This document shows, piece after piece, positions 50,756 to 63,734 of a stretch of DNA of 64,000 nt (its first letter is position 1; each line of letters starts with the position of its first letter). The notes beneath the pieces are model-generated. The model saw only the letters and a list, made by a program, of their open reading frames with translations, did no database searches and was not told the origin of the DNA. Origin of the DNA: Isurus oxyrinchus. Its lineage: Eukaryota. A program made the translations under genes and the position numbers. The stretch lies in the NCBI GenBank assembly GCA_026770705.1, contig JANJGN010000150.1, positions 682,001 through 746,000 of the forward strand, given 5' to 3'.

Positions 50756-51349
50756 AAGGACAGAGAGGGACAGACAGAGTCGAGAGACACCCAGAATGAA
50801 AAAAACACAGTAAGCACTGGAAAATAAACATTCTGGTCTGATCTGGTCTTGTATACCTTCAAATGGAACACCAGTAAAACAGGGAAATAAGAGTACTGGG
50901 CCAAACTGTTAGAGAGGGGCACATTTAGAGAGAGAGAGAGAGAGAGAAAGAGGGAGACACTGAAAGAGATAAGGACAAGGAAAGAAAGAGTGAGAGAGAG
51001 AGACAGACAGAGACACACAAAGAAGTAGAAAGAAAGTGATAGAGATGAAGCAGGAGAGAATGAGGAGAAAGATAGATAGATAGAGAGAGAGGATGGTAGA
51101 GAAAGAGAACGAGAGGAAAAGAGACAAAGGCAGAATGTGATGGAACACTGAATCCTTGTCTATGCGTTTTGAAATCCAGCCCAGAACTATCATTGGAAGA
51201 TTCAGCGAGTGTCCAGTACAGGGGACCCAGCCCAACCTTCTCATCCTGACCTTCCCAGTGGGGCTGAAGAGGGCAGAGAGGAAACCTTCCTCTGTTATTC
51301 TGTTGTCGAATAAACACAACAATTCTGGAACTCTGCCCTTTCTATCTCA

Positions 51350-51950
51350 CGGATTAGAATATAAGGGGGCAGAGGTCATGCTTCAGTCTACATAAAGCCC
51401 TGGCTAGACCACACCTGGAGTCACTGTGAGACATTCTGGGCCCCACACCTTAGGAAGGATATATTGACCTCGGAGGGAGAGCAGTGTCAGTTTACCAGAA
51501 TGAGACCGGGACTCCAAGGGTTAAATCACAAGGAGAGATTAAACACAAACTCGGCTTGTATTCCCTGGAAGTTAGAATGTTAAGCAGGAGATTTGATGAA
51601 AGTTTGCATGATATTAAGGGGAACAGATCGGGGGCGATAAAGAGAAACCATTTCCCCTGGTTGGGGGGAGTCTGGGACTCGGGGTCAGAGCCTAAAAAGG
51701 AGAGGCTGACCTTTCAGGAGTGAAATTAGGAAGTACAAAGGGTGGGAGAAATTTGGAACGGTCTTCCCCAAACTGAAACTGATGCACGATCAAGTTGTTC
51801 ATTTTAAACCTGTGAGACTGATAGATTTTTGTTATCCAAAGGTATTAAAGGAGATGGGACAAAGCCATATGGGGCTAGTTTGCAGATCAGCCATGATCTC
51901 ATTGAATGGTGGAGCAGGCTCGAGGGGCCAAATGGCCTCCTCCTACCCTC
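51350..51950 (+). mobile_element. CR1 LINE 3' end
   Basis: GLEYKGAEVMLQ, LGLYSLE, tail gatcagccatgatctcattgaatggtggagcaggctcgagggg. Confidence 0.75.
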
Positions 51951-52326
51951 ATGTAATAGAAACTTACCTGTCAGAAGCCAGTTTATGTTGATGTGAGTCT
52001 GAGTCGATGACTGAACCCAGTTGGTGACTTGTTCCATACAAAGCAAGAACGTTCATGCCCTTCAATGTTCCTGGATAAACCATGAACAAAGCTGGTGACA
52101 GTCTCCACATGGTAAACACTGACCGATCAACACATGACATGGCTGTTAACCCTTAAACCTCAGCGTAAATCAGTTCCCCCTCGAGGCCCCTTGTCCAAAA
52201 TAAAAGCAACGCACACAATTTGTAAAATAGTAAGTGTAGCAATGAGAGGAGTAAGGGGTTAGGGGGCGTGCGCTTCACCTGATTTGCTGACATAAGAACC
52301 AGCCCCTCTGTTTTTGCTATGTTGTG

Positions 52327-52540
52327 TTGCGTCAATATGAACACATATTTGCACAAGGTGAAGGGCGTTGCGGAGGGACTGATAGTTCTCGGCGCCAGAC
52401 AGTCAATGTCCCCGTGACCTTACTGCTGGTCCCAGGCCAGTGGGACAGGGAACATCGACACTGCAATATCCAGAAATGGGTGTGATACCACACAGCTACC
52501 CACCCCCGGCTGTCCCCTTCAAGTGTTTCAGGTATAAGAG
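52327..52540 (+). promoter_or_regulatory. Candidate TATA promoter of gene C
   Basis: TATAAGA at 52533; GGCGCC-AGAC (BMP/SMAD-type) at 52391; TTGCACAA at 52349 and TTGCGTCAA at 52327 (C/EBP-type). Confidence 0.4.
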
Positions 52541-52609
52541 CAGGAAGCTCCTCTAGTTACAAACCAAAGCATCAAAGCAGAGCCAGAAGATCAGAAGAGA
52601 CAGGCAGAG

Positions 52610-52702
52610 ATGGGAAGCTCCCAGATGAAATGGCGACTTGTCTTGTTCACTCTGACTTTGCTGCTCTCCCTGCAGCTGAGTCACTTCTTCTCCTTGTCGA
52701 GG
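52610..52702 (+). CDS. Gene C candidate, exon 1: signal peptide MGSSQMKWRLVLFTLTLLLSLQLSHFFSLSR
   Basis: gagATGg Kozak context 77 nt after the TATA box; basic n-region plus Leu-rich h-region; phase-0 donor agg|GTAAGC. Confidence 0.55.
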
Positions 52703-52904
52703 GTAAGCTAAGAGATGTCCCTCTGGGTGAGGTGTTTCTTGCACATGACTCTACATCTACCACCCAGATAGACTGGTCACTTCCGCAGTTTGATATTATT
52801 ATGTTCGTGCCTTTAATATTGTCGCCCTCTATGAATTTAACATCATTTCCTTCTGTCATTTCCCCTGAAATTCTCATTCTTGTTTTCAATCCCTCCTCAG
52901 CGAC

Positions 52905-53755
52905 TCCCTATCTCTGTAACCTCCTCCAGCCCGTACAACCCTCCCTATCTCTGTAAACTCCTCCAGCCCCTACAACCCTCCCTATCTCTGTAACCTCCTC
53001 CAGCCGCTACAACCCTCCCTATATCTGTAACCTCCTCCAGTCCCTACAACAATCCCCATCTCTGTAACTTCCTCCAGCCCCTACAACTGTCCCTATCTCT
53101 GTTACCTCCTCCAGCCCCTACAACCCTCCCTATCTCCGTAACCTCCTCCAGCCCCTACAACCCTCCCTATCTCTGTAACCTCCTCCAGCCCCTACAACCC
53201 TCCCTATCTCTGTAACCTCCTCCAGCCCCTATAAACCTCCCTATCTCTGTAACCTCCCCCAGGCCCCACAACCCTCATGATCACTGTAACCTCCTCTAGA
53301 CCCTACAACCCTCCCTATCTCTGTAACCTCCTCCAGAGCCTACAACCCTCCCTATCTCTGTAACCTCCTCCAGGCCCCACGACCCTCAGAATCACTGTAA
53401 CCTCCTCCAGCCCCTACAATGCTCATGAACTCTATAACGTCCTCTCCACACTATAACTCTCCCTATCTCTGTAACCTACTGTGGCCCCTACAGCAGTATC
53501 TATTTTGGTAACCTCCTCCAGCCTCTACAACCCTCCTTACCTCTGTAACCTCCTCCAGCCCCCACAACCCCCCCCATCTCATTAACCTCCTACAGCCGCT
53601 ACTCACCTCCCTATCTCTGTAACCTCCTACAGCCCCTACAACCTTCCCTATCTCTGTCACCTCCTACAGCCTCTAGAACCCTCCCTATCTCTGTTACCTC
53701 CTACAGCCTCTACAACCCTCCCTATCTCTGTAACCTCCTCCAGCCGGAACAACCC
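52905..53755. repeat. 37-bp minisatellite, about 23 units, inside an L2-like LINE 3' end
   Basis: Unit ctccctatctctgtaacctcctccagcccctacaacc; preceded by the ILILVF..PYLCNLLQP LINE remnant. Confidence 0.9.
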
Positions 53756-53769
53756 TACCTAAATCTCTG

Positions 53770-54478
53770 GTCTGAGTCTCACTCCAGGGAATTCAGTCCC
53801 ATAACGTCGGTCAACACTCCGTGCTGAGGGAGTGCTGCACTGTCAGAGGGTCAGTAGTGTGGAAGTGTTGCACTATTGGAGGGACAGTACTGAGTGAGTG
53901 CTATACTGTCGGAGGTCAGTACTGAGGGAGTGCTGCTGTGTCGGAGGGTCAGTACTGAGGGAGCGCTGCACTGACGGAGGGACAATACTGTGGGAGTGCA
54001 GCACTATCGAAGGGTTAGTACTGAGGGAGTGCTGCTGTGTCGAAGGGTTAGTACTGAAATAGAGCTGCACTGACGGAGTGACAGTACTGAGGGAGCGCAG
54101 CACTATCGAAGGGTTAATACTAAGGGAGTGCTGCAGTGTCAAAGGGTTAGTACTGAGGGAGCACAACAATGTTGAATGAGACATTAAACCGAGTCCCCCG
54201 TCTGCCCTCTCGGGCGGGTGTGAAAGATCCCACAGCCACTATTTGGAGGAAGAGCAGGGGGTGTTCTCCCCGGTGTCCTGGGACCAATATTTATCCCTCA
54301 CCCAACATCACCAAAAACAGATGATCTAGGCCATGATCACATTGCTATTTGTGGGATCTTGCTGTGCACAAATCAGCTGCCACATTTCCTACAGTGTGAG
54401 TGCACTTCAAAAACATCCTTCAGTGGCTGTGAAATGCTTTGGGATGTGGTGAAAGGCGTTAGAGAAATGCAAGTCTGT
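53770..54478 (+). mobile_element. Deu-domain SINE containing an internal 33-bp array (53820-54165)
   Basis: SINE head, array, then gagacattaaaccgag..ccgtctgccctctc..aagatccc..gaagagcagggg..aaatgcaagtc. Confidence 0.7.
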
Positions 54479-54575
54479 CCTCCTCCCCCTCTCTCTCCTG
54501 TACCTCTCTCTCTCTCTCTCCCTCTCCCTCAATCCTCCTCTCACTTTCTCCCTGATAAATTCTTTCTTTTTGCAG

Positions 54576-54632
54576 GTTGACACTGCTTTAGGTTCTTCGA
54601 CGATTGAGAAATCTGTGGATTCCCCGGACACG
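54576..54632 (+). CDS. Gene C candidate, exon 2 (VDTALGSSTIEKSVDSPDT)
   Basis: Strong ttctttctttttgcAG acceptor, acg|GTAGGT donor, 57 nt, open only in phase 0. Confidence 0.45.
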
Positions 54633-55875
54633 GTAGGTGGAAATTCATTCCTTATTTTAAGGTTTCTCCCTGCTCGTTTCTTCCACAGAAAGTTTTCTGA
54701 TTTCAAGCTGATTTCAGTGGCAGTCTGTCTCGGTTATACTCAGGAGGCATGTTTGAAATCGAACCCCCCCCCGCCCCCTTTTTTTGCAAAGCTGGGAAGA
54801 GGCAATTCCAAGGAAGTGAACATATCCCCACAGGAATTTTAAATGTAACCCACGCCGGGAATAGTGAGAGGGAGACTGATCCAGCCTGGGAGTGGGTTAA
54901 AGAGAGGCTGGGAGTCGAGAGTCGGAGAGAGGGATGGAATGGGGGAGGGAGGGATTGGAAGAGAGAGACAGAGAGTGGGACGGGGAGGGGTGAAAGGGAA
55001 AGAACATAGGTGGGAGAGAGTGACAGAGGGAGAAATTAAAGAGATGCAGAGTGAGGGAAAGTGAAAAGAGAAGAGAGATTGTCCAAGAGAGAGAAATTAA
55101 CAGGAAAGGGAGAGTTACAGAGTGAGCGAAAGGTACAAAAATAGTGTGAGAGAGAGGGAGAGATACAGAGTGGGAGAAGGAGACAGGGGAGAGAGAGGGA
55201 GAGAGACAGGAAAAGGGAGAGAGGAGAGAAAGATTGGGAGAGAGGGCAATTGAGAGGAAGAGTAGGAGAGAGAGAGACAGGGAGAGGAGGAGTGGATGAG
55301 AGGAAGAGAGAGAGAGATATGGAGCAGGAGAACACCTCCTCCGGTCCCGATGTTCCTCCAAAATCTCTGACATTACTGCATCTCCCGGGTCCCCCTGATT
55401 CCCAACGCTCCACCATTGGTGGCCGTGCCTTCAGCTGCCTGGGGCCCTGAGCTCCGGAATACCCTCCCTTAACCTCTCTGCCTCTCTCTCTCTCTCTCCT
55501 TTAAGACGCTCCTTAAAAACTGACATCTTTGACCAAGCTTTTGGTCACCTAACCCTAATATCTCCATATGTGACTCAGTGTTAGACTTCTCTCTGATTTA
55601 CGCTCCGGTAATGTGGGCTGGGACATTTTGCAATATCAGAGGCGCTGTGTAAATGCAAGTTGTGAGTGTTATGTGGAAGGGAGACCCCAGGCGGCAGTCA
55701 GTGCCAGAGACTGGAGTCATTGTGTGCAGACCGTATCTAATCTCTCCGAATGCACAATCGGTTTGACTGTCAGCCAAAGCACTTTTGATATTTGATCCTT
55801 CTAACTGTTTATAACCAGGCCTACATCAAACACCGAGAGGCTGGTTAACCACCAGGCGTAATTGAGAAATTACCG

Positions 55876-56117
55876 AGCTGTCGGAGGGTCAGTATTGAGG
55901 GTGTGCTGCACTGTCAGAGGGTCAGTACTGAGGGAGTGCTGCACTGTCAGAGTGTCAGTACTGAGGGAGTGCTGCACTGTCAGAGGGTCAGTACTGAGGG
56001 TGTGCTGAACTGTCAGAGGGTCAGTACTGAGGGTGTGCTGCACTGTTAGAGGGTCAGTCTTGAAGGAGTGCTGCACTCTTGGAGGGTGAGTTTTGAGGGT
56101 GTGCTGCATTGTCAGAG
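55876..56117. repeat. 33-bp minisatellite, about 7 units
   Basis: Same unit. Confidence 0.85.
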
Positions 56118-56302
56118 AGTCATTTGGCCCATCTGCTCCGTGCTGGTGTTTCTGCTCCACACGAGTCTCCGCCCACCCCTTCTCCATCTCACCCCATCAC
56201 CATATCCTTCTATTCATTTCTCCCTCGTGTGTTTATCCAGCTTCCCCTTTAATACATCGACACTATTCACCTCACGTGACTGTGTTTGTGTCTGTCTTTA
56301 TG

Positions 56303-56343
<41 letters not shown>

Positions 56344-57043
56344 CTGTCAATATATGTGTGTCAATGTGAATGAATGAGTGTGTCAGTGTGTCTGTGTGGG
56401 TGTGTGTGACTGTGTCAGTGTGTGTCAATGTGAATGAGTGAGTGTGTCAGTGTGTCTGTGTGGGTGTGGGTGTGTGAGTGTGCAAGTGAATGTGTGAGGA
56501 ATCTTATGACTAAGTCATTTGAATGGATGTAACTGGGGTTAATGATAGTTAAAATTCAGAGAGATGTAAAGCGGGCTCCTGATTTTGCTGCTTTATGCTC
56601 CCGGGCACAGATTCACCCCGACAATGTGTTCATGATTCACCATCATCTTGTCGGGACTTTAATTGTAAAGATTATGATTTGTAAAAAAACATGAATAAAC
56701 AACTTTTGTCTTCACAAAGTGTCTGGCTTGGTATTTCAGGCTACTTGTCTCCCCCTCACCCTCCCCCCCCACCATGCCCCCCCACACCAGGGAACAATTG
56801 TCCCCCCTTCCTCTGAAGTTCTGGGTAAAGATCAGCTTTGTTCAATGCAAGCTGTTCCGACATCGAGAACGTTGTTACAAATATCACACAAAGGGCACAC
56901 GCCATGATAGCCCACTTTCAACAGATTTTACCAGTTGACCAGGTTGAAAACCTTTTCATAAACCACAACGTAGGTGTTCAATTCTTGCTGCTGTTTGCTT
57001 AATGTTCTCATAACTGCTATAACCTCTCTAGTTCCACTACATA

Positions 57044-60000
57044 ACTTTTTGAAAGGATAGGAAAAATGAAAAGGAGGTGGGGTAGCTCTGTTAATAAAAG
57101 ATGAGACCTCTGAAGTAGTGAGAAATGATTTTGGCTCAGATGTCAAGATGCACAGTCAGTTTGGGTGAACATAAGGAATTGCAAGGGAAAGAAATCACTG
57201 GTGGGTTGGTTTATACTCCCCCCTGAATGTAGTTACACTGCAGGGGTAGATTATAAATCAATACATGAGGAGGTTTATGAGAAAGGCACCACATTAATCA
57301 TGGGAGTTTTCAATCGTCATATGGATTAGCCAAATCAGATTAGCAAATGTAGCTTTCAGCGAGGTTATACAGATTGTATTCAGGACAGTATTTTAGAACA
57401 ATCCAACATGGAACCAACCAGGGAAGAGGCTGTTTTAGTCCTGGCAATGTTTAATGAGACAAGACTAATTAACATCTCATTGTAAAGGACCCTCAAGGGA
57501 AGAGTAATCATACGGTGTTGAAATTTAATATTCAGTTTAGAAACTTGGGTCTTAAGCTAGTGTCATAAACTTAACTAAAGGCAATTACAAGGGTTAAAAG
57601 TAGAGTCGGCCCAAGTAGAGTGGGACAGCAGGTTAAAGGGGGAGGGGTGGGAGATGAAGAGTAACAGGCATCTAAAGAGATGTTTCATAAATTCCAATGA
57701 AGATATTTTCCAGTAAGAAAGAAAGAATCTATAAAAAGGATGGAGCATCGGCGGCTAACTCAGGAAGCTAAGGACGGTATCCAATTGTGAGATAAAGCCG
57801 GCAATGTTGGGATGCTTAGTGATAGGCTGGAGATTGGGAATATTTGAGAAACCAGAAAAGTGAGGGAAGAAATATAAGGAGGCAGAAATGATGATATGAG
57901 AGTAAACTAGCAAGAACCATAAACAATGACAGTGAGATGTTGTACATTAAAATAAGAGAGAAGCTCCAGTAATAATGGGACACATAGAAAATCAGACTGG
58001 GGAATTAATAATGGGAAACAAGGAAATGACAGAGACTGTCAACAAGAATTTTGTGTCTGTCTGCACAGTAAAAATCTCTAAAACCATCCCAATAGCAGGA
58101 GAAAGTCACGGTGCAACAAGGAGGGAGGAACATAAAACAATCACTATCACCAGAGAAAAAGTATTAAGAAAACTAATGAGACAAATGCTGACAAGTCCCA
58201 TGGAGCAGACGGCCTGAATGTGAGGGTCTGAAAGGAAATGGCTGCAGAGACGGTGGATGCATTGGTTGTAATCTTCCAGAATTCCTTAGATTATGGGAAG
58301 GTCCCAGCGGATTGGAAAAACATAAATGAAACATTTCTGTTCAATAAAGGGAGGAGGCAGAAAGCAAGAAACTACAGGTCAGTTAGTCTAATATCTGTCA
58401 TTGGGAAAATACCAGAATTCATTATGAAGGAGGGAGCAGCAGGACATTTAGAAAACCATAATTCAATCAGACAGAGTCAACATGGGTTTGTGAAAGGGAT
58501 ATCATGTTTGAAAAAATAATTAGATTTCCTCGAGGATGTAACAAGTGGATTGGATAAAGGGGAACCTGTAGATGTGGTGTATTAGGGACTATGACACAGC
58601 CAAGGGTAAAGGCTGAGTTGTTCAAATCCCAGAGGGAAAATTGAAACAACTGTCATAACCCAATTTTGCTGTTTGTAATGTCGAGATGAAGACTTTGAAT
58701 TCAGTAGGAATAAGACCACCGAGGATTGTGGGTTTTTTATATAAAACTAAATAAACCATTTATTAATTTAACAACAAATTTAACACATACACATTGGCTA
58801 CAAATAACTACTATAATAACATTTTAACAAATCCCCCAATTAATCACCCGTACATAAATCTCTCCTAAGGCAACAATGAACCATTGACATAATGTAGACA
58901 CCAGGCAAAGCACATTTGACATTATGAATTCCGAATGAGGTTCCTTTAGAAGTTGGTTGGAGGCTACAGGCTGGTTAGGTCTGAAACGCTCCTGCCTCAC
59001 ACACACAAACTCCTTCCTTTATATAGCTAGCTTTCCCTTTGAATGTAAATTTTCCATTGTATCACTCGGTCTTCTGAACTCCAGCTCTTCGAACAATAAA
59101 ACCCCCTTTCATAGCACCAATTTCATTAGTAAGTTCAAGAAAAAACACATCTTTTGGCTCCTTCTAACTAGGTGCAAGATTTTACCCCCAGTCTGGAATG
59201 GTTTATTCAACAATTGCAAATGAACACTTAACTGTTCTCCTCACAATTCACCCAATTAACATCTCAAAACTACTAAACATCAAAGCACACAGACCAGCTG
59301 GCTTTAATCCAATTAAGACACACCCAGACACACACCTATACATGGACCACCACTAGAATTCTATTTTAAAAAATAATTTCCAAGGACATTTTACACACAA
59401 ATATCTCTTCATGACATTGCATTTCCAAAAGGCTTTCGATAAGGTGCCACATCAAAGGATACTGCACAGGGTGAAATTGGATGGTGTTGGGGGGGATATA
59501 TTAATACGGATAGAGGACTGGCTAACTGACAGGAAACAGAGAGCCAGGATAAATGGGTGATTTTCAGCTTGGTAAACTGTAACTAGTGGAGAGCCACAGG
59601 GATCAGTGCTGAGGCCTCAACTATTCACAAACTACATTAGTGACTTGGATGAAGAGACTGACTATACTGTAGGCAGATTTTCTGACTGTGTGGTGAAGAT
59701 AGGTAGGAAATATATAAGCTGAGCAGGAAAGCAAGCTGTGAGGAGGACACAAAGAGGCTGCAGAGGGAGATTAATAGTTTCAGAGAGGGGACAAAAAAAT
59801 GAGTGGATGGAATATAAGGAATGAAAATATCAGGGTGTCCAGCTGATCCTACTTGTTCTGTTCTTATATTCTTATACAGACACAGGGTTTACTGACAGTG
59901 CACAGCAAAGTGCTGTTCTCTCACTTTGTTCCAACTTCCTCATTTTGTCTCACAGTGACACATCAACCCTTTCTAATTAAATACACAGAGGGAGCAGCAC

Positions 60001-61312
60001 AGGAAGAGGTCATTCAGCCCAAGCAGAGCGTGTGGGCAGTTACTCCCCAGGCGAGCAGTCGGACAGGTCCTGGGTAAGTAACAGAACGATTGGAATTCAC
60101 TTCCACCACCAACACCGTCCTTTGTTGATGTTGTGACTTTATAAAGACAGATTCCAATGATTGATGCCTTTGAAAGATTTCTACTGATTATTGAGATCTG
60201 GGTGTGAGGCTCAAGTTGTACAGAACATCTTTCTAGCTCAAGGGATGAGGGAAGTGGAGTGACATGAGATTTGGGACATACTGAGGTGGTGATAGGTGCT
60301 ACAGAAATGCAAACCCTACATAGTTTTTCTTTCTGAAAGCTTAGTAACTCTCTGCAGAGCACCTCTCATCCCATGGAGAATCAAGTAAGTCTTGTCTAAA
60401 AGCAGTTCTGATCTCACGAGAGCTGTCGGACAAGAGGTGAGGTCTCATTAACTCCTTTCTCTTTCAGAGTTTGAGAGTGAGAAGCTAATGGAATATCTGG
60501 GAGTGGACAATGATCGGGAAATCTTACTTCCTCCTGTCACTTCTTCAAGGTAATATCATCGTCAGCTTGGACAGATTTATGGTTAATAGTCTTTGTAAAA
60601 TAGCATTCTTATTGAGCTCTGATAGGGAACTGATTCAGCAGTGAGCCAGTGTACAAACTCATACCAAGTCCCATTCACCCATCACCCCTGTGCTCACTGA
60701 AATACACTGACTCCCTGTCTGACAGCAGAATTGGAGAAGAATAGAGATCTCAGAGCGTTGTAGGGGCTGGAGACGGTTACACAATTAGGCAGGATTGTAA
60801 CAGCTAGAGCAGAATCTTAAACTTCAGGTGATGTCGGGTGTTGGTCAGTGAGAGACGGGGAGTAATGGGTTGAGCAGAAAGTCAGGGATAAAAACTGGGG
60901 GATGAAATATATCCAGGTGCTAGGACTCTGATGGCAATGGCCTGAAATTAGTGTCTTTTGCTGATTTTAGTTAGAATTTCCCATGAAGACAACACAGCAG
61001 CTCCTAGAATAGACAGGCTGTTCAGTGTCACACTTCCTGTCCATTCTCACCTTGCTAGAAACTTCAATAAGGGAGCAAGATAACTGAAAGAGAGAAGGAA
61101 GGTAAAGCTGTCTGTGTGTAAAACTGTCAAATATTCTGAGTTATCATGATTGTCTCTGACCTGCTGCAGAGTTTAAATTTCACAGAACATTAGCACTTTG
61201 CAGCTCAGAGAGAGACCATTGACTCACTGCCTGAAAGGGCGGTGGAAGCAGATTCAACAGGAACTTTCAGAAGGGGAACTGGATAAATACTTGAAGGGGA
61301 CATTTTGCAGGG
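57044..61312 (+). repeat. Segmental duplicate of 5358-9615 (CR1, nested LTR, promoter, leader exon)
   Basis: Colinear high identity, e.g. ORF pairs 6556/58238, 7275/58957, 8170/59853. Confidence 0.92.
60510..60549 (+). CDS. Leader exon of the next Siglec paralogue, copy 1 (MIGKSYFLLSLLQ)
   Basis: Homologous to 8823-8862; AG at 60466-60467, phase-1 GT at 60550. Confidence 0.72.
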
Positions 61313-61365
61313 CTTTGGAGGAGAGAGTAGAGCTGAGCGTGGGAATAATTAGACAGATATTTCAA

Positions 61366-62815
61366 AGCCTCAACTATTCACAATCTACATTAGTGACTTG
61401 GATGAAGGGACTGACTGTATTGTAGACAGATTTTCTGACTGTATGGTGAAGATAGGTAGGAAATATATAAGCTGGGCAGGAAAGCAAGTTGTGAGGAGGA
61501 CACAAAGAGGCTGCAGAGGGAGATAAATAGTTTCAGTGAGTAGATAAAAAAATGACTTGATGGAATATAGGGAATGAAAATATCAGGGTGTCCAGCTGAT
61601 CCTACTTGTTCTGTTCTTATATTCTTATACAGACACAGGGTTTACTGACAGTGCACAGCAAAGTGCTGTTCACTCACTTTGTTCCAACTTCCTCTTTTTG
61701 TCTCACAGTGACACATCAGCTCTTTCTAATTAAATACACAGAGGGAGCAGCACAGGAAGAGGTCATTCAGCCCAAGCAGAGCGTGTGGGCAGTTCCTCCC
61801 CAGGCGAGCAGTCGGACAGGTCCTGGGTAAGTAACGGAATGATTGGAATTCACTTCCAACACCGTCCTTTGTTGATGTTGTGACTTTATGAAGACAGACT
61901 CCAATGATTGATGCCTTTGAAAGATTTCTAATGATTATTGAGATCTGGGTGTGAGGGTCAAGTCTGTCATACAGAACATCATTCTAGCTCAAGGGGCGAG
62001 GGAAGTGGAGTGACATGAGCTTTGGGATGCCCTGAGGAGGTGAAAGGTTGTATAGAAATGCAAATCCTTCATTGTTTTTCTTCCTTAAAACCTTGTAACT
62101 CTCTGCAGAGCATCTATCATCCCACCGTGAATCAAATTAGTCAGTGAAGACATTGTCTAAAAGCAGTTCTGATCTCTCGAGAGCTGTCGGACAAGAGGTG
62201 AAGTCTCATTAACTCCTTTCTCTTTCAGAACTTCAGAGTTAGAAGCTGATGGAATATCTATGAGTGGACAATGATCGGGAAATCTTACTTCTTCCTGTCA
62301 CTTTTCCAAGGTAATATCATCGTCAGCTTGGACAGATTTATGGTCAATAGTCTTCGTAAAAGATCATTCTTATTGAGCTGTGACTGGGAACTGATTCAGC
62401 AGTGAGCCAGTGTACAAACTCACACCAAGTCCCATTCACCCATCACCCCTATGCTCACTGATATACACTGACTCCCTGTATGACAGCAGAATTGGAGGGG
62501 AGCAGAGATCTCAGAGGGTTGTAGGGGCTGGAGGAGGTTACAGGGTTAGGCAGGATTGTAGCAGCGAGAGCAGAATCTTAAACTTCAGGTGATGTCAGGT
62601 GTTGGTCAGTGAGAGATGGGGAGGGATGGGTTGAGCTGAAAATCAGGGATAAAAACTGGGGGATGAAATCTATCCAGGTTCTAGGATCCTGATAGCAATA
62701 ATCTGAAATTTGTGCCTTTTGCTGATTTTAAAAAGAATTTCCCATGAAGACAACACAGCAGCTCCTAGAATAGACAGGCTGTTCAGTGTCACACTTCCTG
62801 TCCATTCTCACCATG
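61366..62815 (+). repeat. Third copy of the promoter/first exon/leader module (equivalent to 7931-9365)
   Basis: Colinear with 59614-61050; ORF 61606 matches ORFs 59853 and 8170. Confidence 0.9.
62271..62310 (+). CDS. Leader exon of the next Siglec paralogue, copy 2 (MIGKSYFFLSLFQ)
   Basis: AG at 62227-62228, phase-1 GT at 62311. Confidence 0.72.
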
Positions 62816-63734
62816 AATTTCAAATCATTCTGTGAAGCAACATTGGGCTGATTGTCTAACTCTAGTTCAAACCTGAAAACAGCTTTAATGAGCTTAGAAA
62901 AGCTGGATTTCAAAATAATTGTATAGTGTCCACAGAGGCTTTATTATGTTGTATACATTTGATTTGATTTGAAGGGGACATTTTGCAGGACTGTGGGGGA
63001 GAGATCAGAGGTGAGAGTGGGACTAATTGGACAGATCTTTCAAAGGCCCAGCACATCCTCGATGGGCCAAATGGCTTCCTTCAGTTCCGGATCATTCTAC
63101 AATCCAATAAATTAAATCTCTTATCAGTAACTCTTCAGGCTCCCGCTGCAGGAATGGCTCTTTCAGAAGGGCAGGGAACAAGCGGTTTCTCATAGCATGT
63201 TCATATTTATTGACAATTACATAAGTGCACGGAACTGTTGAATATTTGACTCTCTAAAGTGTGGATTTAACCTTCTGGTACACCCAGATCTTGTGCTGGT
63301 TCCCTTGTCCGGAGGTGTCTTTAACTGCTCACAGTGATCTGTGGGATTGTCATCCTTGGATGTTGTTCCTGATTTCATGTGGGATCTTCTCCTCGATGGA
63401 ATAGGAGCGGGAATGGATCTGATTTATCCTCGGTTCCGCCTCACCGCTGTGCCCTTGTGTGTTTGACTCCATAGGCCCTTGGTTCTGAACAAATCCTCGT
63501 CACCTCGGCTGGTGGTCATGAACCTTCTGTGGGATGCTGGATGTGAACTTGTCCCAACTGTAAACTTGGCAACTCTGCACCTCCATTTTTATCATGAACA
63601 TTCCTTATCTTCTCTTGTAGTTTTAAAAGTTGCCCTCTGGTTTCTGAGAGAGTAGAATGGGTAAGAGTAGCGAAATTGGTCACTACTGGCCCACCAAACA
63701 TGCTCTCTGTCAGTGATGGAATAAGGTGAGGTGA

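Noticed and set aside
52610-56700. Assigning the symbol HAMP to gene C
   Set aside because: No RxxR cleavage site or 8-Cys mature peptide exon found; the only nearby CC codons come from the satellite or an acceptor tract
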